Position numbers and translations under genes: made by a program. Below, one piece after another: positions 19,502 through 29,135 of a DNA stretch of 62,251 nucleotides. The first letter of the stretch is position 1, and the number at the start of each line of letters is the position of its first letter. The notes below the pieces were generated by a model that saw only the letters and a program-made list of their open reading frames with translations, was not told where the DNA came from and did not search any database. This stretch comes from a virus (lineage: Duplodnaviria > Caudoviricetes): the IMG/VR virus record IMGVR_UViG_3300005662_000046, positions 1 to 62,251 of that record. The stretch is one strand, 5' to 3'.

Positions 19502-19916
19502 TAGCTACCTCTTTAGCTGGCCAATGGTATGGAAGATTAGGATCTTCGTCAAAATATTGGGAATAATATTCATAATCTTTACGCAATAGATTAGACCTAT
19601 GTGAACGATGAAATTCCTCTAAGCCAAACCATGGTGGCATAACTACTGAATCTATATCTATTTCTTCTAATAGCATGGTGTTTTTGTAACCTCTGCTAAT
19701 CCACTCTTGAATGGTGTAGTTCTGATAGAGCTGTAAAGCTGATTCATAGCCGGTCCACATAACAGTAACCGGATGATTGCGCCAACCTTTTGTTGGAGTG
19801 CGATCAAGTAAGATATTTAAGACTTGGAAAGTTTCTACTCGTTGCTTTCCAAGTCTACGATAATCTAATACCCGGACTGATTCCTGAAAATCTGGGTATG
19901 GTAAAAATGTTTGCAT
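19491..19916 (-). CDS. MSMEG_6728 family protein (pyrimidine-dimer glycosylase-like fold)
   Basis: MQTFLPYPDF...LDYRRLGKQRVE...GWRNHP...PPW...HRSHRSNLLRKD. Confidence 0.85.
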   Translation of the reverse strand: MQTFLPYPDFQESVRVLDYRRLGKQRVETFQVLNILLDRTPTKGWRNHPVTVMWTGYESALQLYQNYTIQEWISRGYKNTMLLEEIDIDSVVMPPWFGLEEFHRSHRSNLLRKDYEYYSQYFDEDPNLPYHWPAKEVANAN

Positions 19917-20317
19917 TATGCCTTCTTAAATTCATTAAAAGTTTTGTCACCTACACCAAAGTACTCTCTAGCTAATCCAGCCTTAACAATTTCAGTATTA
20001 AGACATTCTCCAGCTTCGTTCCATACTCTAGCAAGAATTCTACCATACTTCTCATTCTTGTCCAGGATAGTTTCAATCTTTACTTTATTATTAGCTTTCT
20101 TGATCCACTGATCGGTAAACTCTTTTGCTGCAAGTCCCATTTTCTTTTCTTCAAGATTTGTAGTGCGGCTTTCCGGTGTGTTGACACCATAGAGTCTCAC
20201 ACTTTTTGGTCCTATGTGAACTTCAAAACCCAAATCTATATTAATCTTAAAGGTATCACCATCTACTACTTTAACAACTTCTGCGTTGTAGAGGTAAACA
20301 TTGAATTGATCTGACAT
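19916..20317 (-). CDS. Thermonuclease (SNase-like)
   Basis: VVDGDT, VRLYGVNTPE, KYGRILA, LVxxGLA-type C-terminus. Confidence 0.9.
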   Translation of the reverse strand: MSDQFNVYLYNAEVVKVVDGDTFKINIDLGFEVHIGPKSVRLYGVNTPESRTTNLEEKKMGLAAKEFTDQWIKKANNKVKIETILDKNEKYGRILARVWNEAGECLNTEIVKAGLAREYFGVGDKTFNEFKKA

Positions 20318-20318
20318 T

Positions 20319-21122
20319 TTAATCTCTTTCTATTCCTATAGTGTCGCATGCTTTGCGAAATATTGATTGACTTAATCTAAACTGTGAATCTGCATGACTG
20401 TATCCTTCACCTGGCTTAGGCGATGAAGCATGCCAGCTGTGCCCAATCGATACACTGCCGTCATACACTACGTTGTAGCCACGATGACGAGCAAAGTATG
20501 AGCACCACGTTTCCTCATAGTAGTGAGGAGTTGGTAGAAAAGCTCCTAAAGCGCCTGGATACATCTTTTGATACTCTTCATCATTAGTTAGTGCCTCCCA
20601 AACAGATCTTCTAACAAAATATGCTGAGCCAGATACCGTTACGCATTCCACTCTATCCCTGTAGAGAACATCCTCCACGTCAAGCTGATGCCAACCACGA
20701 TGTGCAGGAGCTGTGTTTGATCCAACTATCCCTGCATGTGTGATATAACCTTTTTCATCACGCTGTTTTGGACCGAGTATATGTATATCGGGATTCGAAT
20801 AAAATATATTATCTATATCAATTAAATCTTGACTAGTCAGCCAAACGTCTGCGTTCAGCAGGCCGATTACATCACTGTATGATGACGACGCCATAAAATT
20901 ACAAGCCGCTGAATAACCTATGTTAGCTTTTTTCCAACCATTGGTTATGTAATAGGTATCTTTATTTTCTTCTAACCATTCAAAGCTACCGTCAGTAGAG
21001 CCATTATCGCAGATATGAAGATTCCAAACTTTTCCACTTGTCGTAAAATCAGCGTGGAGTGTATTCATAAATCTCTCTAAGAGAGGCTTAGTATTATAAT
21101 TGACTACGCACAGGTCTATCAT
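20319..21122 (-). CDS. Glycosyltransferase family 2
   Basis: VVNYN, DNGSTDGS, NIGYSAACN, LLNAD, YYEE. Confidence 0.9.
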   Translation of the reverse strand: MIDLCVVNYNTKPLLERFMNTLHADFTTSGKVWNLHICDNGSTDGSFEWLEENKDTYYITNGWKKANIGYSAACNFMASSSYSDVIGLLNADVWLTSQDLIDIDNIFYSNPDIHILGPKQRDEKGYITHAGIVGSNTAPAHRGWHQLDVEDVLYRDRVECVTVSGSAYFVRRSVWEALTNDEEYQKMYPGALGAFLPTPHYYEETWCSYFARHRGYNVVYDGSVSIGHSWHASSPKPGEGYSHADSQFRLSQSIFRKACDTIGIERD

Positions 21123-21397
21123 TTGTTTCTCTTGTCTTCTACAACAGATTTAAATGCGTCTTCTTTATTTAGTCCAAGATCTAGATACTTGTCATATCTA
21201 CTAAAAGCTTCTTTTATATTTTCTTTATCAAAGAATTCTATAAAACTACTTTGTGGATTATATTCTTTTGGATATTCCTTAAAGTAATTTTCTGAGACAT
21301 CATTAAAATAGTTATATGTACCTTTTCTTTTTTGGCTATATACCAAATAAGATAATGCTGCAGCTGCTACGATACTAATTCCAATCTTCATCTTCAT
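21119..21397 (-). CDS. Hypothetical protein with N-terminal TM segment
   Basis: ORF track. Confidence 0.55.
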   Translation of the reverse strand: MKMKIGISIVAAAALSYLVYSQKRKGTYNYFNDVSENYFKEYPKEYNPQSSFIEFFDKENIKEAFSRYDKYLDLGLNKEDAFKSVVEDKRNK

Positions 21398-21617
21398 CTG
21401 AAGATCCTCCTATGAATTTGTTTTCACTTATTGCTTTTATTGCTTCTTCACTTAAATGAAGTATAGACAATTTGTCTTTTTCATCCTTGATCGAAGAAGC
21501 TAAGTGTATCAAAGAATTTGCTATTTGCAACATCTCGTCTATAGAAGTAATTAAATATGTTTGCCCAGATTCAAGCTTGATATTTACTTTCTTTTTTTCT
21601 ACTTTTTTCTTAGTCAT
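21375..21617 (-). CDS. Hypothetical protein
   Basis: ORF track. Confidence 0.55.
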   Translation of the reverse strand: MTKKKVEKKKVNIKLESGQTYLITSIDEMLQIANSLIHLASSIKDEKDKLSILHLSEEAIKAISENKFIGGSSDEDEDWN

Positions 21618-21852
21618 TTTTCTTTTTAGCTTTCTTAACTTTAACTTCTTCTAATTCTAGATCATCTAACGATACAGGGTAAACACATAGGGAACTTGTA
21701 TCTGGTTCAAATGTTGCAAAAAGTATTCTCTTATCATCATTCGTATAACCTTCTGGCGGTGGTGATTCTAGGGCTATTTTTTTTGAAGAACAACCATAAA
21801 CCTGACTGTGGTTCTTGTACACTACAATATAATTTAATTTAGAAGCTGCCAT
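21610..21852 (-). CDS. Hypothetical protein
   Basis: ORF track. Confidence 0.55.
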   Translation of the reverse strand: MAASKLNYIVVYKNHSQVYGCSSKKIALESPPPEGYTNDDKRILFATFEPDTSSLCVYPVSLDDLELEEVKVKKAKKKND

Positions 21853-22303
21853 TATCTATCCTTACAGTCTGTACATTTGCTTTTAATAAAAAAGATTCTA
21901 CGTCTTCCCAATTTTTATAATCGGAATCATGTAAATAGTATACAGTATTCAAAGTACTATTCGCTATCAACTTAGCGCAACTAAAACATGGTGGTCCATT
22001 TACGTATATTTTTGTTGGTCTTGAACTATAATCAGAATGAAGTAGTGCGTTAGCTTCTGCGTGAATTGCTATACAGTTATCGTATGTTGATCCACTTTGT
22101 GAATTTTCTATAAAGCGTTTACACCCACCCTCATTGCAGTGTACAAAACCCCTTGGTCCACCGTTATAACCAAAACCAACTATGTGATTGTAGTCGTCGA
22201 CTAAGATTGCTGCATATTGTTTTTTCCCACATGTAGAAAAAATCTTAGAACCATCTACGCACAGCTTCATAAACTGTATATCTTTTTTAGAAATTAAATT
22301 CAT
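21839..22303 (-). CDS. dCMP deaminase
   Basis: GYNG, HAEANA, PCFSC. Confidence 0.9.
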   Translation of the reverse strand: MNLISKKDIQFMKLCVDGSKIFSTCGKKQYAAILVDDYNHIVGFGYNGGPRGFVHCNEGGCKRFIENSQSGSTYDNCIAIHAEANALLHSDYSSRPTKIYVNGPPCFSCAKLIANSTLNTVYYLHDSDYKNWEDVESFLLKANVQTVRIDNGSF

Positions 22304-22470
22304 GATATAAGCGATATTACAAATCCAGCTATTGTCCCCATAATTATAGCCATGCTAATAGTGATAATTTTTATATTTTTTTCATTTGAAGATTGATTCA
22401 ATATCTGCAAACTTGTTATCCAGTTTATCAAAACTGAAAATAATATAAACAACAATATATTTTTATACAT
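22300..22470 (-). CDS. 56-aa two-TM membrane protein
   Basis: Hand translation; overlaps both neighbours. Confidence 0.55.
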   Translation of the reverse strand: MYKNILLFILFSVLINWITSLQILNQSSNEKNIKIITISMAIIMGTIAGFVISLIS

Positions 22471-23188
22471 GTATCGCAACTAGCCTATCTATGGATACTG
22501 GAAACTTTTCTTTTGTTAGATTATATATTGCTTTTGCATACTCTTGTATTTCTAATTGAGAATCTTCTCCTAGTCTTTGGTTTAAGAAAAGAGCTACAGA
22601 CTGTAGACTGCAAGACCATCTATACGCAACGTACATGCCGTATGCTGGCAAGAACAATCTTGCTTGCTCTGGTGCTATGCCCTGCTCTAAGGCCATATTA
22701 TAGATAGATTCACACTTATTAATAAGCTGTTTTAATTCTGTGTTTAGAATAGAACCAGTCCAAGGACCTGCTAGTCCGGAAGATCCTTGCTTTTTATTCT
22801 CAGCAGCAAGTCTCCACTGATCTGGTTCAGGTATGTAAAATTCTGGATCCATAGTTATATATCTTCTAGAGGATTCATTCCAAGAATCCATTGTATGGTC
22901 TGAACCAACTACATATTTCCAGTGCTGTCTAGCCACCATAAGCGGAGCTTTAAATTCAAAGGTTAAAAAAGCATGACGAAAAGGTGACATGTGATTTTCT
23001 CTTGCTAAAAAATCTATCAACCTTGCATCCTGTACGGATAGCTCATTTGATTCTTTAGCAAAAGATGCTCTTGCAGCGTTAACTACAGACAGGTCACTGC
23101 CCATAACATCTACTAATCTAACATAACCCTTATCTAAAACGGCTATTGTGTTATTATCGTAATCTTTATTTTCCGTCTTCTGATCCAT
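22463..23188 (-). CDS. thyX: Flavin-dependent thymidylate synthase
   Basis: VNAARASF, HMSPF, ARQHWKY, NESSRRY, SQLEIQEYA. Confidence 0.9.
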   Translation of the reverse strand: MDQKTENKDYDNNTIAVLDKGYVRLVDVMGSDLSVVNAARASFAKESNELSVQDARLIDFLARENHMSPFRHAFLTFEFKAPLMVARQHWKYVVGSDHTMDSWNESSRRYITMDPEFYIPEPDQWRLAAENKKQGSSGLAGPWTGSILNTELKQLINKCESIYNMALEQGIAPEQARLFLPAYGMYVAYRWSCSLQSVALFLNQRLGEDSQLEIQEYAKAIYNLTKEKFPVSIDRLVAIHV

Positions 23189-23531
23189 CGTCATAATAAT
23201 CTTCTTCATCATCCTCTATGTAGATATAATATCCTATATCATCTTGATCCAAGTTTACCATATAGTTATTGAAATCTTTTGTTTTTGCGTATAGCAACTC
23301 TAAGATTTCTACTACTTCAAGTGGTATCTCAAATGGCTCATCAGAGTCTTCAGTAAGATTAACTATGATTAAATTTATTTCCTGTATAGCTGTAATTAAT
23401 TCTGACAAAAACAAAGAATAATCTCTTGCATTATTTAGAGACAAAGGACGAGCCAAGCCAGGCATGGACCCTATGTTTTCTGGAGAGGTTATTTCTGAAA
23501 ATATCTTATCAAAATTTTTATCTTCTGACAC
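23166..23531 (-). CDS. Acidic hypothetical protein
   Basis: ORF track. Confidence 0.6.
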   Translation of the reverse strand: MSEDKNFDKIFSEITSPENIGSMPGLARPLSLNNARDYSLFLSELITAIQEINLIIVNLTEDSDEPFEIPLEVVEILELLYAKTKDFNNYMVNLDQDDIGYYIYIEDDEEDYYDDGSEDGK

Positions 23532-23542
23532 AGTAGACCACC

Positions 23543-25642
23543 CTATGCTTTAGTGTTGTCCTTTATGAACTTAATTTCACAAGAATCAGTTGTGCAGTAG
23601 CGTTCACCGATTGCATCTGCAGCCATGCCAGCGTACACTCCAGTCAAATCTATAGGAAACAACGATATTGAAGCATCCGTATATTCTTGTTCTGTTATTT
23701 GAGTATATGGCATTTGAGGATATGTATCATTACCGCTTGGTAAAAATGACACTGTCTTAAGCTGTCCGTCGTACATGTGAAGAACTGTGCCTACATGCTC
23801 TGCTTCGGTGTCTTTGTTAAAAGATATCGTTACCGATACAGAATTGTCTGACCAGTAACGTTGTGCGGTTGCAGCTAATGACATTTTTTCAAAGATTGTA
23901 ACATCTTTTTCTGCTCTTGCAGCGTCTGACTTGATCGGAAAGTACACAACAGATGTTGTATCTGGAGACTCAGAAGCTGGCTCAACCTTATAGTTGGCCA
24001 TTCTAAATAGAGGTAGCATTGGATCCTCATTGGAGAATCTAATAGTTCTATTAAAATACTTTCCACCTGGAGTCCAGTGTACGCCTGGTGATTCGCCAGC
24101 AAGAATCGAAACTGTTCCAGAAGGCTTAATTGTTGTCATCTTTATAGATTCTCTAATACCCAACCATTCAGAATATACATTGTCATAGCGTTGAACAGTC
24201 TTATATCCTTCGTCCATCCATTCACGAAGAGCTGGTACTCCAACTCTGTCAGCAAAGTTAGCCACACCAGACATTGAAGCACCAATGCGACGATTACGTT
24301 GCATGATTGCGTTAGTCTCTTCCCAGTGCGTAGGAAGTAGTGTAACTGTCTTTGCATAGAGGTATGCAAACTTTAGCGTACGCTTATAATCCTCAAGACT
24401 ATCGTGACGATTAAGATATGTTTCAACCAAGGTGCAACACTCATATGATTCCAACGATTGTTCAGCGCATGGGTTGTATCCAGCCACTCTATGATCTTTG
24501 TTGTTTGGTGGATCAGCCAGACGTCCATATTTACGTGACATGTCCATCCAGATAACTCCAGGCTCACCATTAAGTGAAATACCTTCCACTATACTTGACA
24601 GGTCTGCTCCAACTGCTGTTTCCACAGAGTTGTTAGACATCCAACCCCAACCTGGAGCAGATGAATCATATGAGTTACGCTCAGGAAAACGATCTGAATT
24701 TTTCAGATTTAAGAAATCTTGATCATCTAAACGACCAATCAACAACTCAGCTGAACGACGTACGTTTCCAGAGACTACACAAACTCCAATAACGTTTCCA
24801 ATATCTGCTATGTCTACACGAGTTAGCTTATCGCCTTTGCGTCCAGTAAACATTTTTCTTATATGATTATGAAGTTTTTCTAATGGCTCATGACCAGCAG
24901 CTACACCACCAAATGTTTTAATTGGCGTACCATTTGGACGAATTAACGAGTAATCAAAAAGATATGTAGGTTGATTTTCTTTTAGATATGAGTTCAAGAG
25001 AAGAGCCATTGACTCCACCCAACCCTCTCTAGTGTCAGGAATTATATATGTAGTTGATTCCTTTGGTTCATAGATAGTAAAATCTTTATCTGCCCCCTTA
25101 TCGTCAAAACCAACACCTACACCAAGCATCGATGCTTCCATAAGAAATGCGAATGGTTTTGCTGGGTTAAACTTATTCATTTCTCCAGTAGAAACGAATG
25201 CGCAGTTTTGCAGAGCTGCTGAATTCTTTTGTATGTTTACGATGTTTGTACCCATAGCCCAAAGACCACGACCAGGAGGAGTCCACTTAAGGTTAAATAA
25301 TCTATCAAAGGCTTCTTTAGCGCTTGCTTGTGCTCTTGCATCATTCCAAGGTAAACGATTTTTTTTGCAGTGGTCTTTTTGCAAAGAGTACATTCCGTTA
25401 ATTACTCTTTCGCATACGTCAGACCATGTTTCTTTTGTGCCGTCTTCTTTCAATCTTGAGTAAGTACGAAGAAATGTAATCTCTCCAACGGAGTTTCCAC
25501 CTGCATCTCTGTATCCAAATGGTGCAAATTTAGACCTATAAGATTCTATAAAATCATCACTTAATTTAAATGAAAACATAGAAGACTGCTTATTGGCAAT
25601 CGGTGTTAGATCTGGATTTCCGTTTTCGATTTCTTCTGACAT
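23543..25642 (-). CDS. nrdJ: Class II (adenosylcobalamin-dependent) ribonucleotide reductase
   Basis: TFLRTYSR, PPGRGLW, NCAF, GNVRRSA, NPCAE, TIKPSGT, C-terminal CTTDSC. Confidence 0.93.
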   Translation of the reverse strand: MSEEIENGNPDLTPIANKQSSMFSFKLSDDFIESYRSKFAPFGYRDAGGNSVGEITFLRTYSRLKEDGTKETWSDVCERVINGMYSLQKDHCKKNRLPWNDARAQASAKEAFDRLFNLKWTPPGRGLWAMGTNIVNIQKNSAALQNCAFVSTGEMNKFNPAKPFAFLMEASMLGVGVGFDDKGADKDFTIYEPKESTTYIIPDTREGWVESMALLLNSYLKENQPTYLFDYSLIRPNGTPIKTFGGVAAGHEPLEKLHNHIRKMFTGRKGDKLTRVDIADIGNVIGVCVVSGNVRRSAELLIGRLDDQDFLNLKNSDRFPERNSYDSSAPGWGWMSNNSVETAVGADLSSIVEGISLNGEPGVIWMDMSRKYGRLADPPNNKDHRVAGYNPCAEQSLESYECCTLVETYLNRHDSLEDYKRTLKFAYLYAKTVTLLPTHWEETNAIMQRNRRIGASMSGVANFADRVGVPALREWMDEGYKTVQRYDNVYSEWLGIRESIKMTTIKPSGTVSILAGESPGVHWTPGGKYFNRTIRFSNEDPMLPLFRMANYKVEPASESPDTTSVVYFPIKSDAARAEKDVTIFEKMSLAATAQRYWSDNSVSVTISFNKDTEAEHVGTVLHMYDGQLKTVSFLPSGNDTYPQMPYTQITEQEYTDASISLFPIDLTGVYAGMAADAIGERYCTTDSCEIKFIKDNTKA

Positions 25643-25651
25643 ACTATCTCC

Positions 25652-26356
25652 TTATTTTACTAATGCTAAAGTCTTTACGTATTTAGGGTTTAATTTTTCT
25701 ATTTCTGTTTTCTTAATCTTTTTTATCTGGTCATAATTATACACGTTGTATATCTCTCTCTCGAAGAAATATCCACTTCTCCAGTTAAAAACTTTTTCTA
25801 TTACATTCTTGTGATTCTGAAAAATATTTGATATAACTGCACCACCATATATTCTCACTAAATTCTGCATCTTTTTGGTTACAATGTCTTTATTCTTTTC
25901 GTTCAAATCACCATTTTGTTCCGCTTGACCATATAACCAATTAAAACTTTGTCTAGTTAGTGGAGAATAATCAATTGGATCTATGATGCCAATCGATAGT
26001 AACTCCTTTTGATTAGTTTGAATATATAAATCTTTCTTAACTATTTCTAAAAATAAAGAAAACCAATCTCTTTCTTTGTACTGATTCCAGGTAGGGCACC
26101 AAAATAAAATAAGATGCGCTGGATCAGGGATATTTGTTTTCTCCATAGTTGGCAATAACATCGTGCAAGATATTGCCCTCTTAATGTCTTCTTTACTAAT
26201 GTCAGAATTCTTATTCTTGTTTTCAAAGTTCATCCACAACTTTGATATATGAGTCTTCCAGTCTGCTTCACCTATATATAGGTTAAGATACTTTTCAGCC
26301 ACATCTAATGGAAGAGCCTTATCTTTAACTACCGTATTTAGTTGATCTAAAAACAT
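25652..26356 (-). CDS. Hypothetical protein
   Basis: 234-aa ORF. Confidence 0.7.
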   Translation of the reverse strand: MFLDQLNTVVKDKALPLDVAEKYLNLYIGEADWKTHISKLWMNFENKNKNSDISKEDIKRAISCTMLLPTMEKTNIPDPAHLILFWCPTWNQYKERDWFSLFLEIVKKDLYIQTNQKELLSIGIIDPIDYSPLTRQSFNWLYGQAEQNGDLNEKNKDIVTKKMQNLVRIYGGAVISNIFQNHKNVIEKVFNWRSGYFFEREIYNVYNYDQIKKIKKTEIEKLNPKYVKTLALVK

Positions 26357-26411
26357 TCATAATCCTTATTAACTCTAGACAAAACTACAAAAACTTATAT
26401 AAGACACCCTT

Positions 26412-26449
26412 TAAAACAGTTATCCCGCCCTGATTGGGGCGGGATAACT
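26412..26449 (-). terminator. Strong hairpin terminator between the structural and metabolic modules
   Basis: AGTTATCCCGCCC-CAATCA-GGGCGGGATAACT then GTTTT; perfect 13-bp stem. Confidence 0.8.
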
Positions 26450-26528
26450 ATCTTACGCTCATTAGATGCGTCGGTTTCCGTACTGACAAGTATATCAGTT
26501 AGGATTTTTTTATGTTGTATTTAACTAG

Positions 26529-26732
26529 TTATTTCAAGGATGCTGCGGAGTTTTTATCTCCAATTTTTGTAGCTGCAAAACCTTTGATGACGCTGAGTCC
26601 TGCTGCAGCTGCAGCTGTTGCTGCTGCCTTAGCTTGATCAATTCCACCAACTGTATAAACAGCAATGAATGTTTGCGCTGCAGTCCAAAGTGCTCTTTCG
26701 ACTACATCCTTAATCAATTTCTGATCTGGCAT
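26529..26732 (-). CDS. Holin, r1t-like actinophage type
   Basis: KDVVERALWTAAQTFIAV...AAAAGLSVIK. Confidence 0.75.
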   Translation of the reverse strand: MPDQKLIKDVVERALWTAAQTFIAVYTVGGIDQAKAAATAAAAAGLSVIKGFAATKIGDKNSAASLK

Positions 26733-26752
26733 TTAGTGCCTCCTTTTTTTTA

Positions 26753-27343
26753 TTAGAGAGCTCTTGCCGATGGTACACCCTTGTACTCACCAACTTTGTT
26801 ACGACCATAATCACTAGCTGTGTTTGCTTGTCCATAACCAGCTGGCATTACCTCTGCTGAAGTAACACCGTCAAAGATGTAGTTATTGTAGAGACTGTAG
26901 GCAGTTGTGCGCTCTGCATGACCTAAGTTAGCAAATGCTTCTGCTGACGTAACACCGTCAAAAATATAGTTGCTATATAAACTGTAGTCGGTTGTACGCT
27001 TTGCGTGACCGCCATCTAATGCTTTAGTGGTTGTAAGACCTTTGTATTCACTTGGACGGAATCTCATTCCACCAAATGTTGTAGTTCCATCTGCGAATGT
27101 TCCAGCTAATGGGGTTGTTCCTGCGTACAGGGTAGAACCAGTGAATAACTGTGATAGAAGAACATTACCTGGATGGTAACCAGTTCCAGGAACATGGTTG
27201 TTATCTGGAGCTCCAGTTAAAAGACCTGGTGCAAAGAGGGGATAAAAAGAGTAGGTTCCAGCTGTACCCTTAAAAGGGTTCACCATGTCAGCGGTTGAAC
27301 GACCTTTGAGTACTGGCCTTGGGCCAACGTAGTAAGTTGCCAT
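26753..27343 (-). CDS. Gly/Thr-rich probable virion protein with an internal tandem repeat
   Basis: ORF track; AGGAG SD; TACTATA motif upstream. Confidence 0.7.
   Translation of the reverse strand: MATYYVGPRPVLKGRSTADMVNPFKGTAGTYSFYPLFAPGLLTGAPDNNHVPGTGYHPGNVLLSQLFTGSTLYAGTTPLAGTFADGTTTFGGMRFRPSEYKGLTTTKALDGGHAKRTTDYSLYSNYIFDGVTSAEAFANLGHAERTTAYSLYNNYIFDGVTSAEVMPAGYGQANTASDYGRNKVGEYKGVPSARAL
26852..27010 (-). repeat. Two-copy tandem repeat, 87-nt period (GHAxRTTxYSLYxNYIFDGVTSAE)
   Basis: Visible in both protein and DNA. Confidence 0.85.
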
Positions 27344-27376
27344 TTTATAGTCTCCTTAAAAGAATATTGTGGTATT

Positions 27377-27383
27377 TATAGTA
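27377..27383 (-). promoter_or_regulatory. TACTATA promoter-like motif
   Basis: Recurrent intergenic heptamer. Confidence 0.5.
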
Positions 27384-27414
27384 AAATCAAATAGCCACTT
27401 ATTAACTATTAAAA

Positions 27415-28683
27415 TTAGCTATAATTGACTATTAAATCAGAAAGAACTGGAGCTGTTCCATCTCCAAGTTGATTTAAGGTTACCTCTATCCAGACCGAAG
27501 ACGACCCAGGAACTTCGTCAAGGGTATAGACTCCACTGTCTTTCCAGATAACTCTATAGCTAAAAGCTGTAGATATTAATTCTTCTGGAACGTTGTACAT
27601 CTTAGGTATCACTTCATCTACCGAATAGATTAATGTTCCCTCAGGGGCAGTAAACTTAATTATTGTTCTTCCAGTTTCCAAGAACCTTTGTGACCTTACA
27701 TCTAAATCAGCTAAACCGTATGTATAGACGTATTTACCATTCTCTAAAATGTAATTTCTTTGTCTCATGTTTATTCTAATTGCAGTAATTTTTACTGGAG
27801 GGAAGTAGAATCCTATCGGTCCAGCGTTAAGAATTGCATCAGAACCAGCTATTGACCAACCACCTGGAGGAACTCTACCTATTGCATCAGACTCACTATC
27901 GTATAGCCTGTTAAAGTTTAGTGGTGTCCAACCATCTGACTCTTCTAGGGTTGGCTCGACCTTTGTAGTATATTCTATAGAAAGAATGTCTACTCCAAAT
28001 AATGGATACGGAGACATTGAAACGTAGTTTGACGTATCCGATCCTGAGTAAGCATTAGGTACTTTGTAGTAGGCAAACATTTGAGCACCGGCTGCCGAAG
28101 CTGTATCAGCTATAACATTTCGCTTCCAAAACTTATCAGATCTATCCAACAAAGCATGGAACATTGGGCTAGTGTCCACTAGGGCACCGGGTGTGTCAAC
28201 GCTAACAAAGTCATTTTTTATCTTTGTTTCCAAAAGGTCTGGAATTGTTTGCTCACCTAACCCACTAAAAAACTTAAGTTTAGAATAAGAAGAACCATCA
28301 ACTTTAGGCAGGGTAATTAAGTTATATACGTGATCAAAACTGAGCGCCTCAGAACTTGAGAGAGCGAATTGTGCATCGCTGACAAAGCTGGCTACATCTA
28401 TTTGGGAATAGCTATATATAGAAAGTTTTTTATAGGCAGAATCGGTATTGTATTCAATCGCCTTCATTCTGTCTTCTAGGTCTGCTATAGCTCTAGAGAT
28501 AAATAAATGATCCTTCAGCACTCTCTCAAAGGCTTGGTTTAATTTTTGATCCAACACGCCGGATCTATTATAGAGATGAACTAAATCTTGATAATTTTGT
28601 TCGACTCTCATATTAAAGTCAGTGCTATTTACAGGACCGTTGTACTGTATTGTGTTATTTTCTGTGTTTAGGTAATCTGACAT
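27415..28683 (-). CDS. Putative virion structural protein
   Basis: Beta-rich; lies in the structural module. Confidence 0.6.
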   Translation of the reverse strand: MSDYLNTENNTIQYNGPVNSTDFNMRVEQNYQDLVHLYNRSGVLDQKLNQAFERVLKDHLFISRAIADLEDRMKAIEYNTDSAYKKLSIYSYSQIDVASFVSDAQFALSSSEALSFDHVYNLITLPKVDGSSYSKLKFFSGLGEQTIPDLLETKIKNDFVSVDTPGALVDTSPMFHALLDRSDKFWKRNVIADTASAAGAQMFAYYKVPNAYSGSDTSNYVSMSPYPLFGVDILSIEYTTKVEPTLEESDGWTPLNFNRLYDSESDAIGRVPPGGWSIAGSDAILNAGPIGFYFPPVKITAIRINMRQRNYILENGKYVYTYGLADLDVRSQRFLETGRTIIKFTAPEGTLIYSVDEVIPKMYNVPEELISTAFSYRVIWKDSGVYTLDEVPGSSSVWIEVTLNQLGDGTAPVLSDLIVNYS

Positions 28684-28692
28684 TTTATTTAA

Positions 28693-29118
28693 TTATCCAG
28701 TCTGTTTTTCTAATTTATTAATTTTATAAAATAATCTTGACAAACTTCCACCGATTGTATCCGTAGTTTCTAGATAATCTATTGTATCATCCGCAGTGTA
28801 ATTGTACATGGATATTGAATCAGCAGAAAGATCATAGACTCTACCGTAGTATTCTTCGCCAGTTACTTCATCTAGGACAGTTCTGATTTCATGAGTTTCA
28901 TCTTTTTCAGCTCCTAAAAAAATCTTTACCTTGTCAAGAATGGCTGTGTCAAGAAGTTCCAATTCTAAATAAACTCTATTCATATCCATGAATATTTTTT
29001 GATTAAAAAGATTTTCTTGACCACTTTTTCTTGGAGATCTATAAAAAGATCTGAACCTTTTGGTTAAAGGTTCTCTAATTATTTTTTTACTATTTGGATC
29101 TAAGTAACTTATCGGCAT
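28693..29118 (-). CDS. Hypothetical structural-module protein
   Basis: ORF track; AGGAG SD. Confidence 0.6.
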   Translation of the reverse strand: MPISYLDPNSKKIIREPLTKRFRSFYRSPRKSGQENLFNQKIFMDMNRVYLELELLDTAILDKVKIFLGAEKDETHEIRTVLDEVTGEEYYGRVYDLSADSISMYNYTADDTIDYLETTDTIGGSLSRLFYKINKLEKQTG

Positions 29119-29135
29119 GTGTGTCTCCTAGTTTA

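Noticed and set aside
23875-24570. Alternative-frame minus-strand ORFs inside nrdJ (also 43147..43377, 50670..51092, 52236..52430)
   Set aside because: Nested in intact genes, with no in-frame CGGW entry point or SD found; likely chance.
8890-25642. Inteins or introns in dnaE, dnaB or nrdJ
   Set aside because: Lengths are ordinary and I saw no intein termini or homing endonuclease motifs.
26412-26497. Cobalamin riboswitch upstream of nrdJ
   Set aside because: Too short, and no recognisable B12-box.
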